Origin: Myxococcales bacterium
GTDB taxonomy: Bacteria > Myxococcota_A > Polyangia > Polyangiales > Polyangiaceae
NCBI GenBank assembly: GCA_043747615.1
Contig: JAYTOU010000076.1
Location: 1 to 64,000 of the forward strand
Length of the DNA stretch: 64,000 nucleotides
Reading direction: 5' to 3'
The notes under the pieces were generated by a model, which saw nothing but the letters and a program-made list of their open reading frames with translations, made no database searches and was not told where the DNA came from. Both the position numbers and the translations under genes were made by a program. Shown in pieces: positions 9,485 through 20,820 of the stretch (position 1 is the first letter of the stretch; the number at the start of each line of letters is the position of its first letter).

Positions 9485-10189
9485 GTGAGCGCCACCGCAA
9501 CCTGGTCGACTATGCTCCCGGCCGTGGCCGAGCGGGACGGCGCGTCCGGCAACCGACGCGGTCAAAATCAAGACGCAGCAGCGCTCGAGGTCGAACGCCA
9601 GCTCGTCGTGCGTGCGCAGGCCGGCGATCGCCACGCGGTCGGCGCGCTCCTTCACCAGTACGGGCCTGGCCTCTATCGCAGCGTGCTCCTCCCGCGCCTC
9701 GGCTCGGAGGCCGCCGCGAAGGACGCGCTCTCCGAGACCTACGCGAAGGTGGTCGAGCATATCGGGCGTTTCACGTGGCAAAGTGTGGGTTTCTATCCAT
9801 GGCTGCGCACCGTGGCCCTCCGCGTGGCCCTCGATCATCTACGCGCCCGAAAGCGTCTCTTGGTGTGGGAGGCGGACGACGTCGAGCGCGAAGTAAATGC
9901 GGCGTCGACCTGCACGCCAATCGATCAGAGCCTCAGCGATCACCGCGACCGCGCCGCCGCTCGCACCCAAGTGGAAGCAGCGCTTGAACGCATCCATCCA
10001 CGCTATGCGCGCGCGCTTCGGCTACGGGTGCTCGAGGAACGCTCGCGTGAGGACGTGGCCGCGGCGCTCGAGGTCACCCCCGCCACGTTCGACGTGCTTC
10101 TCCACCGCGCCATGGCCGCGCTCAAGAAGACCCTCGCACCTGAACAAAACTCGGGTAACAGAAAGCCAGACGGCAATGAGATCGGCTGA
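9485..10189 (+). CDS. ECF-type RNA polymerase sigma factor
   Basis: LVVRAQAGDRHA, AKDALSETY, FYPWLRTVALRVALDHLR (region 2); SREDVAAALEVTPATFDVLLHRA (region 4). Start uncertain (GTG 9485 or ATG 9512). Confidence 0.9.
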   Translation: MSATATWSTMLPAVAERDGASGNRRGQNQDAAALEVERQLVVRAQAGDRHAVGALLHQYGPGLYRSVLLPRLGSEAAAKDALSETYAKVVEHIGRFTWQSVGFYPWLRTVALRVALDHLRARKRLLVWEADDVEREVNAASTCTPIDQSLSDHRDRAAARTQVEAALERIHPRYARALRLRVLEERSREDVAAALEVTPATFDVLLHRAMAALKKTLAPEQNSGNRKPDGNEIG

Positions 10190-10679
10190 AGAACCGCAGA
10201 TTGACGACGACCCGGATGCGCCTGCGTCCGAGGAGGAATCGGCGCGCTCGGAGGAGCTCCGTCTTGCCCTCGAGGACCCGACGCATTGGAACGCGGACGC
10301 CGATCTCGCGCGTGCTTTGTCCGTCGCTCATGAGCCCAGGGAGATCGGCCCCGAGGAGCATGCGGCGATCGTGGAGCGAGCGGTCGCCGCAGTGAAGACC
10401 AGCACGGTGAAGAGAAACGTCATTCGGGTGACGTTCGGCGTCGCAACCGCGCTCTCGCTCGCGGCCGGGTTTATTTTCGTGGTGAGCGCGAGCTCGCACA
10501 GTGCGCCAGTGGCGGCGTCGGCGAGCGCGCCTGTCCCCCTCGTACAGCTTCGCTCGACGCAGCCTCTCTTTCGTGAGCCCTTCCGCGACGCAAATGCGAG
10601 CGCGCGAATCGATCGCATCGCGATGGCCCGCGCCTCCGACCTTCGCGACAACCGCTTCTCGCGCTGGGGTGTCCGATGA
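10176..10679 (+). CDS. Putative single-pass anti-sigma factor
   Basis: Overlaps the sigma stop; acidic N-terminus, one TM segment (FGVATALSLAAGFIFVV), short extracytoplasmic tail. Confidence 0.6.
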   Translation: MRSAEEPQIDDDPDAPASEEESARSEELRLALEDPTHWNADADLARALSVAHEPREIGPEEHAAIVERAVAAVKTSTVKRNVIRVTFGVATALSLAAGFIFVVSASSHSAPVAASASAPVPLVQLRSTQPLFREPFRDANASARIDRIAMARASDLRDNRFSRWGVR

Positions 10680-11275
10680 TCGGCCGCGCACCGCGCTGGC
10701 TTGTGCTGGGGCTCTTGCTCTCGGCGGCGGCCATCCATTGCGGCAAGAAATCAGATGGCGCCGTTCCCCCGGGCGATGATGCGGGGGCGCCCGTCGACCT
10801 CGACGTGATGGCGTTCCTCTCCGAAGCGCGCGCTCTTCATCACGAGACCAACGTGCACGAGGACTCGGGCGAGGTGAACGCGGCCATCGGATCGCTCGAT
10901 CGACTGGTCCACGCCAAGAGGCCTCACGAAGGGACGAAAGTTCCCGAGGTCGAAGAGGTGCTCGCTGATACGTACGCGCGCCTCGCCGATCTCCGGGTTC
11001 GGACCGGTGACGTGGACGGCGCCTCGCGCGACGTTCGCGAAGGCATGACGCACGCCCAAGACACCACCTACTTTCGAGGGCATCTGCTGGAGGTCGACGG
11101 GATCGTCGAAGAAGCGCGGGGAACGAAATTCGCCGACGCCGGGAACCGTGAAGAGGCACGAAAAGCCCGAGCCCACGCGATCGAGCGCCTGCGGGAGGCC
11201 GTGGAGGTCCAGGAGAAAGTGGTCAGTACTTCGCTCGCATTTCAGGACGCAGGGAAGCACGAGGGGATGAAGTGA
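10676..11275 (+). CDS. Helical (TPR-like) lipoprotein
   Basis: Lipobox-like AAIHC; helical repeats; ATGA overlap with the upstream gene. Confidence 0.7.
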   Translation: MIGRAPRWLVLGLLLSAAAIHCGKKSDGAVPPGDDAGAPVDLDVMAFLSEARALHHETNVHEDSGEVNAAIGSLDRLVHAKRPHEGTKVPEVEEVLADTYARLADLRVRTGDVDGASRDVREGMTHAQDTTYFRGHLLEVDGIVEEARGTKFADAGNREEARKARAHAIERLREAVEVQEKVVSTSLAFQDAGKHEGMK

Positions 11276-11724
11276 TCGCCAGACGTCGAATATTTTCGCA
11301 CATGGTTCTCGGAGCGCTCCTTGCGGCCTGCGGAGGAGAGGCTCCGCCGAACGCAAAGTCGCCCGAGCGCGAGGCTGCCCCTGCTAGCCCTGCCAGCGAC
11401 GGCACCGTGCTCGCCTCCGAGCCTAGGAGCGGAGCCAGCGCACCGAAGACCATGGACACGTCGAGAAGCAGGGCGCGAACGGAGCTCGATCGCGCCGAAC
11501 GTGAGCTCGCCGGGGCTGCCGGAGATTGCGCCGCCGCCTGCCGCGCGCTCGGCTCCATGGAGCGGGCAACCGGACACTTGTGCGATCTCACTTCGCAGAC
11601 CGACAATCTTTGCGAGGACGCGCGATCGAAGGTGCGGACCGCGCGCGACCGTGTTCGCTCAACGTGCGGCTCGTGCCCGGGCGGTCCGAGCCTCGAACGA
11701 GACGCCCCCATTCCCTCGCGATGA
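11272..11724 (+). CDS. Lipoprotein with Cys-rich helical C-terminal domain
   Basis: LLAAC lipobox; DCAAACRALGSMERATGHLC..C..TCGSCP; GTGA overlap. Confidence 0.72.
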   Translation: MIARRRIFSHMVLGALLAACGGEAPPNAKSPEREAAPASPASDGTVLASEPRSGASAPKTMDTSRSRARTELDRAERELAGAAGDCAAACRALGSMERATGHLCDLTSQTDNLCEDARSKVRTARDRVRSTCGSCPGGPSLERDAPIPSR

Positions 11725-12680
11725 TGCACCGAGACCCGCGCGATCTTCGTGAGGGCGGGCGATGGACCCGCGGGCAGCGCTTGAAGAATGCTGTCCTCTA
11801 CCATCTGATTCGCGCGGCGTTAGCAGCGGCAAACCGCATGTCGCCCGCGACGACCCGGAAGCTTGGACGGGCCGTGGCCTCGGCGGCCCACCTCTTTCTC
11901 GGAAGGGAGCGGCGTCTCGCAGACGAGAACCTCAGGCACGCCTTCCCTGCCCTGGCCGCGGCGGAGCGGCGTGCGCTCGTGCGCCGTGTGTACCGAGCTC
12001 TCGGCGACCACCTCGGGGATGCGGTCGTATCGCTTCGCCCCGACGCCACCGTCACTCTCCTTCGTTTTCCCGAGGTCGACCGCAAGACGTTGGCCGAAGC
12101 GCGTTCCGAAGGGCGCGGCGTGGTTTTCGTGTCCGCGCATCTCGGCCCCTGGGAGCGCGTCGCCGTCACCCTCGTCGAGGCGGGTTTCGCCCTCACCACA
12201 ATCGCCCGTGAGAGCTACGACCCGCGCCTGACGCCGCTCTACGATCGCCTACGCGGCACCCACGGCGTTTGCTCGATCTACCGCGGCGAGAGCGGGGCTG
12301 CCTTCCGGATCGTCCGCACGCTTCGGCAAGGGAATCTACTTGGAATTCCCATGGATTTGCGATCACGAGTACCTTCGATCGACGTCCCCCTCCTCGGCAG
12401 ATCCGCGTCGACAGCGGTCGGGCCAGCCCGCATCGCGCTACGCACGAAGGCGCCCGTGGTAGTGGGGACGGCGGCGCGCGACGAAAGGGGTGAGTGGGTA
12501 CTGACGATGACCCGCATCCCCACGGGCCGCTGCGGATGGAGTGAATCACCACGTCAGGTGGATCACGACCACGGTTCCCCAGCGGCCCGCGCGCTCACGG
12601 AGCGCATTAACCTCGAGCTGTCCGAACGAATCCGGGCGCTACCGGACGCGTGGCTCTGGATGCATCCTCGGTGGACTTAA
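11721..12680 (+). CDS. Lipid A late acyltransferase (LpxL/HtrB family)
   Basis: ADENLRHAFP, GRGVVFVSAHLGPWE (HX4E), GPARIALRTKAP, WLWMHPRW; ATGA overlap at 11721. Confidence 0.88.
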   Translation: MMHRDPRDLREGGRWTRGQRLKNAVLYHLIRAALAAANRMSPATTRKLGRAVASAAHLFLGRERRLADENLRHAFPALAAAERRALVRRVYRALGDHLGDAVVSLRPDATVTLLRFPEVDRKTLAEARSEGRGVVFVSAHLGPWERVAVTLVEAGFALTTIARESYDPRLTPLYDRLRGTHGVCSIYRGESGAAFRIVRTLRQGNLLGIPMDLRSRVPSIDVPLLGRSASTAVGPARIALRTKAPVVVGTAARDERGEWVLTMTRIPTGRCGWSESPRQVDHDHGSPAARALTERINLELSERIRALPDAWLWMHPRWT

Positions 12681-12731
12681 ACGCGCGATCCAGCCGAAGG
12701 TCGACTAGGCTGCAGGCCGAGGATCGTCAGG

Positions 12732-14090
12732 GTGCCACAGGATAGAACGCGCGTACCCAGATTGAGACCGCCCCCCACGCCGGAGGTGATGCGGACGATG
12801 CCGCTCACGCCCGTTGACGGGTTCGTCCTTTCACGCGTCAACGACCACGCGACCGAGGCGGAAATCTCGCTCGCCACGGGTCTCGACGCGTCCGCGGTAG
12901 AGGGCTCTCTCGACAAGCTGGAGTTCCTCGGGCTCGTCTCCTTCCCGGTGCCACCGGCACCTAACGAACCGAACGTGGTGACTGCGGCGGCGACGACCGT
13001 CGACGCAGGCGTCGAGCTCGAGCCCGAGCTACGCGATAAAATCAGCGCGCTCCACGCAAGGCTCGGGCGAGCGGATCACTACGCGCTCCTCGGGGTCCCC
13101 CGCAGCGCCGACAAGAAGTCCATCAAGCGCGCGTACTACGAGATGGCGACGATCTACCATCCCGATCGCTTCTTCCGAAAACGCCTCGGCGTCTACAAGG
13201 CCATGATGGAAGCGATCTTCGCCGCCATGACGCAGGCGCAAGACGTGCTCGGGTCGAAAACCGACCGCGCGGAGTATGACGCCTACCTCCAGGATCGAGC
13301 GCAGGCCGAAGAGATCGAAGAGAGCGCGAATGCTCGTCCGCCGCCTCCACCCCCGGTGGCCAGCGCTCCGCCGAGGGCGTCGCTTCCAATGCCGGTGGTC
13401 AATGCTCCAGCGCCGCTCGATGCAAAGGCTCGGCGCGATGCGCTGGCGAGAAAGCTCCTCGGCGGGCGGCCGAGCGGAGCCCCGCCTCCGAGAGCTTCGA
13501 TCGCCCCTCCCGCGAGCAAAGATCCTGACGCGCTCCGCAGGCATTTCGAGTCGCGCCTGGGTGACGCGAGAGACAAGCCCGCCCGCCAGCACGCCGTTGA
13601 AGCCGAAGAGGCGCTGAAGAAGGGCGACGCGGCGGCGACGATCACCGCTTACAAGCTGGCGATGAGCTTTTCTCCAGTCGACGCGTCCCTCCTCGCCACG
13701 CTCGAAGACATCAAAAAGCGCGCGGAGAGCGTTCTCGCCGAGAGCTACCGGCGCCAGGCCGTCTACGAAGAAAAGAGCGCCGATTGGATCAGCGCTGCGA
13801 AGTCGTGGGCCCGCTTGGCAAAGGCCGAGGTCGACGACGCCGAGGCCCACGACCGCGCCGCAAAGGCCACGGTCAAAGCCAACGGAAACCTCCACGTTGC
13901 GGGAAACCTAGCCCAACGGGCGATTCTCCTCGAACCGAAGAACGCCGAATACAGAGTCACCCTGGCAAACATTTATATCGCGGCGGGCCTCCTGAGGAAT
14001 GCAAAACGAGAGATCGAGGCAGCCCAGCAGCTTTCTCCGCAGGATGCTACCATCGCTGCGCTGATGAAGCGCGTGAGCGCGGCGGGTTGA
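12732..14090 (+). CDS. J-domain co-chaperone with N-terminal winged-helix-like domain and C-terminal TPRs
   Basis: DHYALLGV..IKRAYY..YHPDRF (HPD motif); TPRs (AILLEPKNAEYRVTLANIY). Confidence 0.88.
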   Translation: MPQDRTRVPRLRPPPTPEVMRTMPLTPVDGFVLSRVNDHATEAEISLATGLDASAVEGSLDKLEFLGLVSFPVPPAPNEPNVVTAAATTVDAGVELEPELRDKISALHARLGRADHYALLGVPRSADKKSIKRAYYEMATIYHPDRFFRKRLGVYKAMMEAIFAAMTQAQDVLGSKTDRAEYDAYLQDRAQAEEIEESANARPPPPPPVASAPPRASLPMPVVNAPAPLDAKARRDALARKLLGGRPSGAPPPRASIAPPASKDPDALRRHFESRLGDARDKPARQHAVEAEEALKKGDAAATITAYKLAMSFSPVDASLLATLEDIKKRAESVLAESYRRQAVYEEKSADWISAAKSWARLAKAEVDDAEAHDRAAKATVKANGNLHVAGNLAQRAILLEPKNAEYRVTLANIYIAAGLLRNAKREIEAAQQLSPQDATIAALMKRVSAAG

Positions 14091-14126
14091 ACCCACCTAG
14101 TCATTACATCGAGGAGACGAGCGCGG

Positions 14127-15953
<1,827 letters not shown>

Positions 15954-15976
15954 GCGACGGCTAGGAAACATTCACC

Positions 15977-16672
15977 TTGAGTGGACCCACCAAAAGAAAG
16001 ACGCCTCCGCCGCCAGGCGGTCCTCCGGCATCCCCGCCCGCGGGCAGCGCGTTAGCGCGAAAGGTCACCCCCCGCGCGATGCCTATCGACCCGCGCCGGC
16101 AGCCGACGATCACGAACGAAGACGAGCTCGAGTTTGCGCGCCTCCGTTCGATGTCCCTCAGCGAGAGCCCGATCCCGAACAGCAGCACGAGCCTCCTCAG
16201 CTTGGCGAATGCGTATGCGGCGGAGCAGAGGCCCGTCAACTTGCCGAGCGGCGCGGGGAGCGAAGCGGAGGCCCTCCCACACGTGCCAGACGCTCCTTCG
16301 CAGGACCCGAGCGCGGAGATGCGCGACAAGTTTTCTCTTGGCGATTACTCGGGCGCTCTCCTCGTCGCCGAAGCGCTCCTCGAAGACCAGCCGGCGCACT
16401 CCGAGGCCCTCCGTTATGCGGAGAACTGCCGGGCCGTCCTGCAAAAGATGTATACTGCACGAATCGGCCCTCTCGGCCGCGTGCCGATCGTGGTGGTCCC
16501 GCGCGATCAACTGAGGTGGCTGTCGATCGATCATCGCGCTGGCTTCGTCCTGTCTCTGGTCGACGGGGTCTCGAGCCTGGAGATGGTGATCGACGTGAGC
16601 GGGATGCCACTGCTCGACGTGCTCCGCATTCTCTATGAGCTCGTCCAGCAACGCGTCATCGCATTTCGCTGA
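15977..16672 (+). CDS. Hypothetical protein: Pro-rich N-terminus, TPR-like helix pair, C-terminal winged-helix-like domain
   Basis: FSLGDYSGAL..; C-terminal IDHRAGFVLSLVDGVSSLEMVIDVSGMPLLDVLRILYELVQQRVI. Confidence 0.72.
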   Translation: MSGPTKRKTPPPPGGPPASPPAGSALARKVTPRAMPIDPRRQPTITNEDELEFARLRSMSLSESPIPNSSTSLLSLANAYAAEQRPVNLPSGAGSEAEALPHVPDAPSQDPSAEMRDKFSLGDYSGALLVAEALLEDQPAHSEALRYAENCRAVLQKMYTARIGPLGRVPIVVVPRDQLRWLSIDHRAGFVLSLVDGVSSLEMVIDVSGMPLLDVLRILYELVQQRVIAFR

Positions 16673-16675
16673 CGC

Positions 16676-16697
16676 GATCTCGCGCGAGATCATTTTT
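16676..16697 (+). terminator. Candidate intrinsic terminator or palindromic site after the DnaK run
   Basis: Perfect 16-bp palindrome GATCTCGCGCGAGATC followed by ATTTTT, just after the stop codon. Confidence 0.5.
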
Positions 16698-16786
16698 ACG
16701 AGCGCAAGCGCAAAGTAAACTGCGCGCTGAAATGGCCGAATGCGCGTTGCACATGCCGCTTACGGCGGCTACACCGTAGAAACTCC

Positions 16787-17812
16787 ATGACGGCGGACGA
16801 CAGCGAAGCCAAACGTCTGAGGCAAGACGTCGAGTGGGCTCTTCGTAACGCGCTCGATCCGAGCGACGTACTTCCGCTGCTCCACCGCCTCGCGCGGACG
16901 GCCGAGCCGGGCTCCGAAGAGAGCATCTACGCTCATCGCCAGATCGCCGAGCTCCTCGTCGAACGACACCCGTGGCGCGCGGCGCTTCATGCGCGAAAGG
17001 TCCTGTCTTGGATCCCGGAAGACGATCGCGCCTGGGCTGTCCTCGGGCTTTGCCAGACGCTCCTCGGGCATTACCGCTTCGCGGCGACCGCCTACCACCG
17101 CGCACTCACGGCATCGCCAAAAAATCCTTGGTACGCGCACAACCTCGGCCACCTCATCGACGTGGCCCTAGGGCGGGCTGCAGAGGCCATCACCTTTCTT
17201 CGCTCCGCGTACGAAGGCGCATCGGACAACCGAGAGATCGCTTCGTCGTTCGCGCATGCTCTTGCCCGAGCAGGTAAGGTCGCTGAGGCAAAGAAGGTCC
17301 TTGCCCGATCCATGAAGCGCGGGCCCTCCCGTGAGCAGGCTGCACTCTGGAAGTGGTTGGACGAGGGCGCCCCGGCCGACAAAGACTCAGCAGCCCCCCG
17401 CCCCGCCCCCACCTCTTCGCGCGGCGTGCGCACGCGTCGCAACCCCCGCCCCCGCGTCGCGCGAACCGCTTGTCCGGAGCTCGAGTCTGCACTCCTCCGC
17501 GGCCTCGAGAGCATCCCGCTCGATGCACGACAGCGGGCAAGAGCGCGGGCACTCGCACGTGATCCCGCCACCCGCGGAATGGTCGACGACGGCCCGGACG
17601 CGAAGCCCGACCCCAAGAGCGTGCAAAGCCTCGCGGCTGCGATCGCGTACGCCATCGTCTTCATCGACGACGTCCCGCTCACTCAAGGGGAGGTAGCAGC
17701 GTCGTTCCGCGTGAGCAGCGCCAGCCTCCGCGGAAGATTCAGCGCCCTCCGCTCGCAGCTGCAGCTTGCCCCGGGCGATGCGCGCTATCGCCGTCGTCGT
17801 CGAGGTCGCTAG
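16787..17812 (+). CDS. TPR protein with C-terminal TFIIB-cyclin-like HTH
   Basis: TPRs (PEDDRAWAVLG, PKNPWYAHNLG); C-terminal SLAAAIAY..PLTQGEVAASFRVSSASLRGRFSAL. Confidence 0.75.
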   Translation: MTADDSEAKRLRQDVEWALRNALDPSDVLPLLHRLARTAEPGSEESIYAHRQIAELLVERHPWRAALHARKVLSWIPEDDRAWAVLGLCQTLLGHYRFAATAYHRALTASPKNPWYAHNLGHLIDVALGRAAEAITFLRSAYEGASDNREIASSFAHALARAGKVAEAKKVLARSMKRGPSREQAALWKWLDEGAPADKDSAAPRPAPTSSRGVRTRRNPRPRVARTACPELESALLRGLESIPLDARQRARARALARDPATRGMVDDGPDAKPDPKSVQSLAAAIAYAIVFIDDVPLTQGEVAASFRVSSASLRGRFSALRSQLQLAPGDARYRRRRRGR

Positions 17813-17919
17813 GAATTTAGGTGGCCAATTGCGCCTGCGCGGACGAAACATCGTGCCGCTCGTCGGAAGAAACGCAGGACAGGTTGTGCTCCCATTTCGG
17901 GCGTGCTTCGTTACGCACC

Positions 17920-19320
17920 ATGCGTACCGTCCTAGGCGTCTTTTGGGTGCTGTTCTTAGCGGCGCCGGTGGCGCTTGCTCAGCCCAAGACCGCCCCGAGC
18001 CCGTCGTCGCCCCTCCCGCTCATCGTCGCTCCGCCGCCGATCGAAATTCCGCCGCCCCCCACAATCAATGATCCGATGCTGGAGCCCGTCGGCCCCGCGC
18101 CGCGGAGCATCTCGTCATGGGAAGACGCGCTCGACCTCGTGCGAGCCCGCTCGACGGACCTCAGGATCGCGTACGCCGAAGTTCAGAAGGCCGAGGCGCA
18201 GTCCCGCATCGCGCTCGCCGGCACGCTCCCTTCGCTAAATGGGACGGGGAGCCTCACGCATCAATTCTTCACGAACACCGAGGCGACGCCGTTCGGTGTC
18301 CAGACCGCGCCGCTGCCGAACGTCGCCGTCGGAAGCATCGTCCTCAGCCAGCCGATCTTCGTGCCTCGGGTCTGGCACAACATGGGGACTGCCAAACGTG
18401 CAGTCGAGGGAGCGCAGCTCTCGGTCGAAGACATCAAGCGCAACATCGCGCTCAACGTGGCCAACGCCCTCATTGGAGTGGTGACGGCAGAGCGCATCGC
18501 AGAGCTGAATCGAAGCGGATTTCGCAACGCGCTCGAGCGGCACGAGCTCACCTTGCGAAAGAAGAACCTCGGGGCCGCCACGGGGCTCGACGTGATCCGC
18601 GCACAGCAGGACGTCGAGAGCGCGCGCTCCGTGCTCGTGACCGGGGATGAATCGCTTCGCCAGTCGCGGGAAGCTCTCGGGCTCGCCGTCGGAATCCCGA
18701 GCCAGGTCGGCGTCTCGCGCAACATCAACATCGACGGTCTCGAGAAGAGCGCTCTCGCCGCATGCCATCCGTCGTCGCTCGAAGACCGCGCCGATCTCCT
18801 CCTCGCTAAGAAACAGCTCGAGATCTTTCAGCGCAACATCGTCGACGTGAAGTTGCAGTTCAGTCCGACGATCACCGCGAGCAGCGCGATCTTGGCCACG
18901 ACCGCAGACACCGGGGTCGCGCCGAACCCCACCTGGAACATCCAGGGAGTCCTCAGCGTACCGTTTTGGGAAGGCGGCGCACGGTACGGGCTGCTGAGAA
19001 GCGCGCGCGCGGACGAGACCGAGTCCGAGCAGCGCCTCGCGAGTCTGCGTCGCAACGCGCGGATCCAGGTGGAGCAAGCCCAGCGTGGCGTGCAGGTCGC
19101 AACCGAATCTCGAAAAGTGGCGGTCGATGCGCGGGCCCTTGCGGCAGAGACCGATCGTCTGGTTCGCGTCGGCTATACCGAAGGACAGGGCACGAGCCTC
19201 GAGCTCGTGATCGCCGCCGCCGCGCTCCGCCAGGCCGAGATCACCCTCGCGCTCCGCGAGTTCGATCTCGTCAAAGCGCGCGTCCTTGCGCTCCTCTCGC
19301 TCTCGAACTGCCCTTTTTAA
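17920..19320 (+). CDS. TolC-family outer membrane efflux protein
   Basis: Signal peptide; ALAGTLPSL, LSQPIF, GAATGLDVIRAQ, LSVPFWEGG, YTEGQGTSLELVIA. Confidence 0.88.
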   Translation: MRTVLGVFWVLFLAAPVALAQPKTAPSPSSPLPLIVAPPPIEIPPPPTINDPMLEPVGPAPRSISSWEDALDLVRARSTDLRIAYAEVQKAEAQSRIALAGTLPSLNGTGSLTHQFFTNTEATPFGVQTAPLPNVAVGSIVLSQPIFVPRVWHNMGTAKRAVEGAQLSVEDIKRNIALNVANALIGVVTAERIAELNRSGFRNALERHELTLRKKNLGAATGLDVIRAQQDVESARSVLVTGDESLRQSREALGLAVGIPSQVGVSRNINIDGLEKSALAACHPSSLEDRADLLLAKKQLEIFQRNIVDVKLQFSPTITASSAILATTADTGVAPNPTWNIQGVLSVPFWEGGARYGLLRSARADETESEQRLASLRRNARIQVEQAQRGVQVATESRKVAVDARALAAETDRLVRVGYTEGQGTSLELVIAAAALRQAEITLALREFDLVKARVLALLSLSNCPF

Positions 19321-19325
19321 GCGAC

Positions 19326-20783
19326 CTACGGCGGCGTCGGAGCGGCCGAGTCCCAGCCGCTCACACGGGCGAGCTCGCTGAGGGCGAGGTTGTAATCCTG
19401 GAGCGAGTACACGTGGTTCACGCGCGCGTTGATGTAGACGCGGAGCGGCTCGGTGAGCGAGCGTTCGTCCTTCGTACCGAGATCGATCGAGTCTTGCACC
19501 GTCGAGATCCATTGACGTGCGATGTGCTCGGTCTTGGCCCATCCTTCTTCGCGACCGCCGGCCTCGACCGCGACGGCGTAGGCGTTCTCGACCTCCACGC
19601 CGATCCCGCCGAGCGCAAGCCGTTCGAGGGCGCGCGTCTCTTCGAGCTGCGACTCGGCCTGCGCGACGCGGGCGGACTTCGGCAAGAGGTCGAGCCCCCA
19701 GCGTGCGCCGAACGCTGCAAAGAAACCGAAGCCATTGAACGGATCGACCACCCACGCATTGTTCTGGATCGTCGCGCTCGGCGCGGTGTTGTAGCTGGCA
19801 GAGAGCGCGAGCCCGAAGTCCGGAAAATACTGGGCACGAGCGAAATCGACGAAGGCCTTCCGGGCGGTGATGCCCGCGCGCGCCATGTTCACCTCGGGGC
19901 GGAAGAGCCGAGCCGCGGAGAGATAGCGCACGACGGGACCGAGCGGAATGTCCGGGCGCTTGAGCGGCACATCGGGAATGTCGAACGAGCCCTGGACACC
20001 GGTGAGGAAGCGCAGCGCCGCGAGGGCAAACGTCTCACCGCGCGTAGCCTCGCCCGCCCGGGCCATCGTCTCGCTCTTGATAATGATCAAGCGAAGGCGA
20101 TCGATTTCTTCGACGCTGCCGTCGTTCTTCCGGAGCTTCTTGTCGAGGCCGCGGATGCCCTTGTCGAGCTTCTCCACCACGTCGTCCACGATGTATCGGC
20201 CGTCGCGCGCGAGCATCAGCCCAAAGTATGCGCGCCGTACGTCCATGCGCACTTGCTGCCGTGCCTTCTCGAGATCCCACTCGTTGACGCGCACCTGCGC
20301 TTCGGCAGCTTGCCGGATCGCTGAAATTTTTCCGAAGGTATAGAGGGGAATCGCGCCGTTCACGTCGAAGTGGAAAAACGGTTGAAAGCTGTTGCCGAAA
20401 TTGGTGCTCAGGGCCGAGGCCGGCGCCGCGTTGTAAAAGGCCGTGCCCGTGATCGGGGGTAGAACGCCGAAGGCCGCGTTTGCACCGAACTGCCAGAACG
20501 GCGTCCACTTCGCCTCGTCGAGCTGGGCGTGCACGAACGCAAGGCGCGCCCGCGCAGCCCACAAATTGGGGTGGTTGCGATCGGCCAGGGCGAGGCACTC
20601 TGCCAGCGTGTAGGTGCGCGAGCGAATGGTGATCTTCGGCGCCTCGAACGGTGCGGGCCCCGCATCGGTGATCGTGTCGTCGTCGTCCTCGAGGTCGTTG
20701 TCACCCGCCCAGGCGAGCGGAGAGGCTGCGGCCGCGAGGGCTACGCCAAAAGCAAGAAAAAAGGCGGTCCGCGAAGCGCGCAT
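19326..20783 (-). CDS. TolC-family outer membrane efflux protein
   Basis: YTLAECLALA..NHPNL, IPLYTFGKI, DVRRAYFGL, ARAQYFPDF, YNLALSELARVSG. Confidence 0.85.
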   Translation of the reverse strand: MRASRTAFFLAFGVALAAAASPLAWAGDNDLEDDDDTITDAGPAPFEAPKITIRSRTYTLAECLALADRNHPNLWAARARLAFVHAQLDEAKWTPFWQFGANAAFGVLPPITGTAFYNAAPASALSTNFGNSFQPFFHFDVNGAIPLYTFGKISAIRQAAEAQVRVNEWDLEKARQQVRMDVRRAYFGLMLARDGRYIVDDVVEKLDKGIRGLDKKLRKNDGSVEEIDRLRLIIIKSETMARAGEATRGETFALAALRFLTGVQGSFDIPDVPLKRPDIPLGPVVRYLSAARLFRPEVNMARAGITARKAFVDFARAQYFPDFGLALSASYNTAPSATIQNNAWVVDPFNGFGFFAAFGARWGLDLLPKSARVAQAESQLEETRALERLALGGIGVEVENAYAVAVEAGGREEGWAKTEHIARQWISTVQDSIDLGTKDERSLTEPLRVYINARVNHVYSLQDYNLALSELARVSGWDSAAPTPP

Positions 20784-20820
20784 AATAACGAGCGGGACAC
20801 TACCAATCGCGCCGCGCGAG

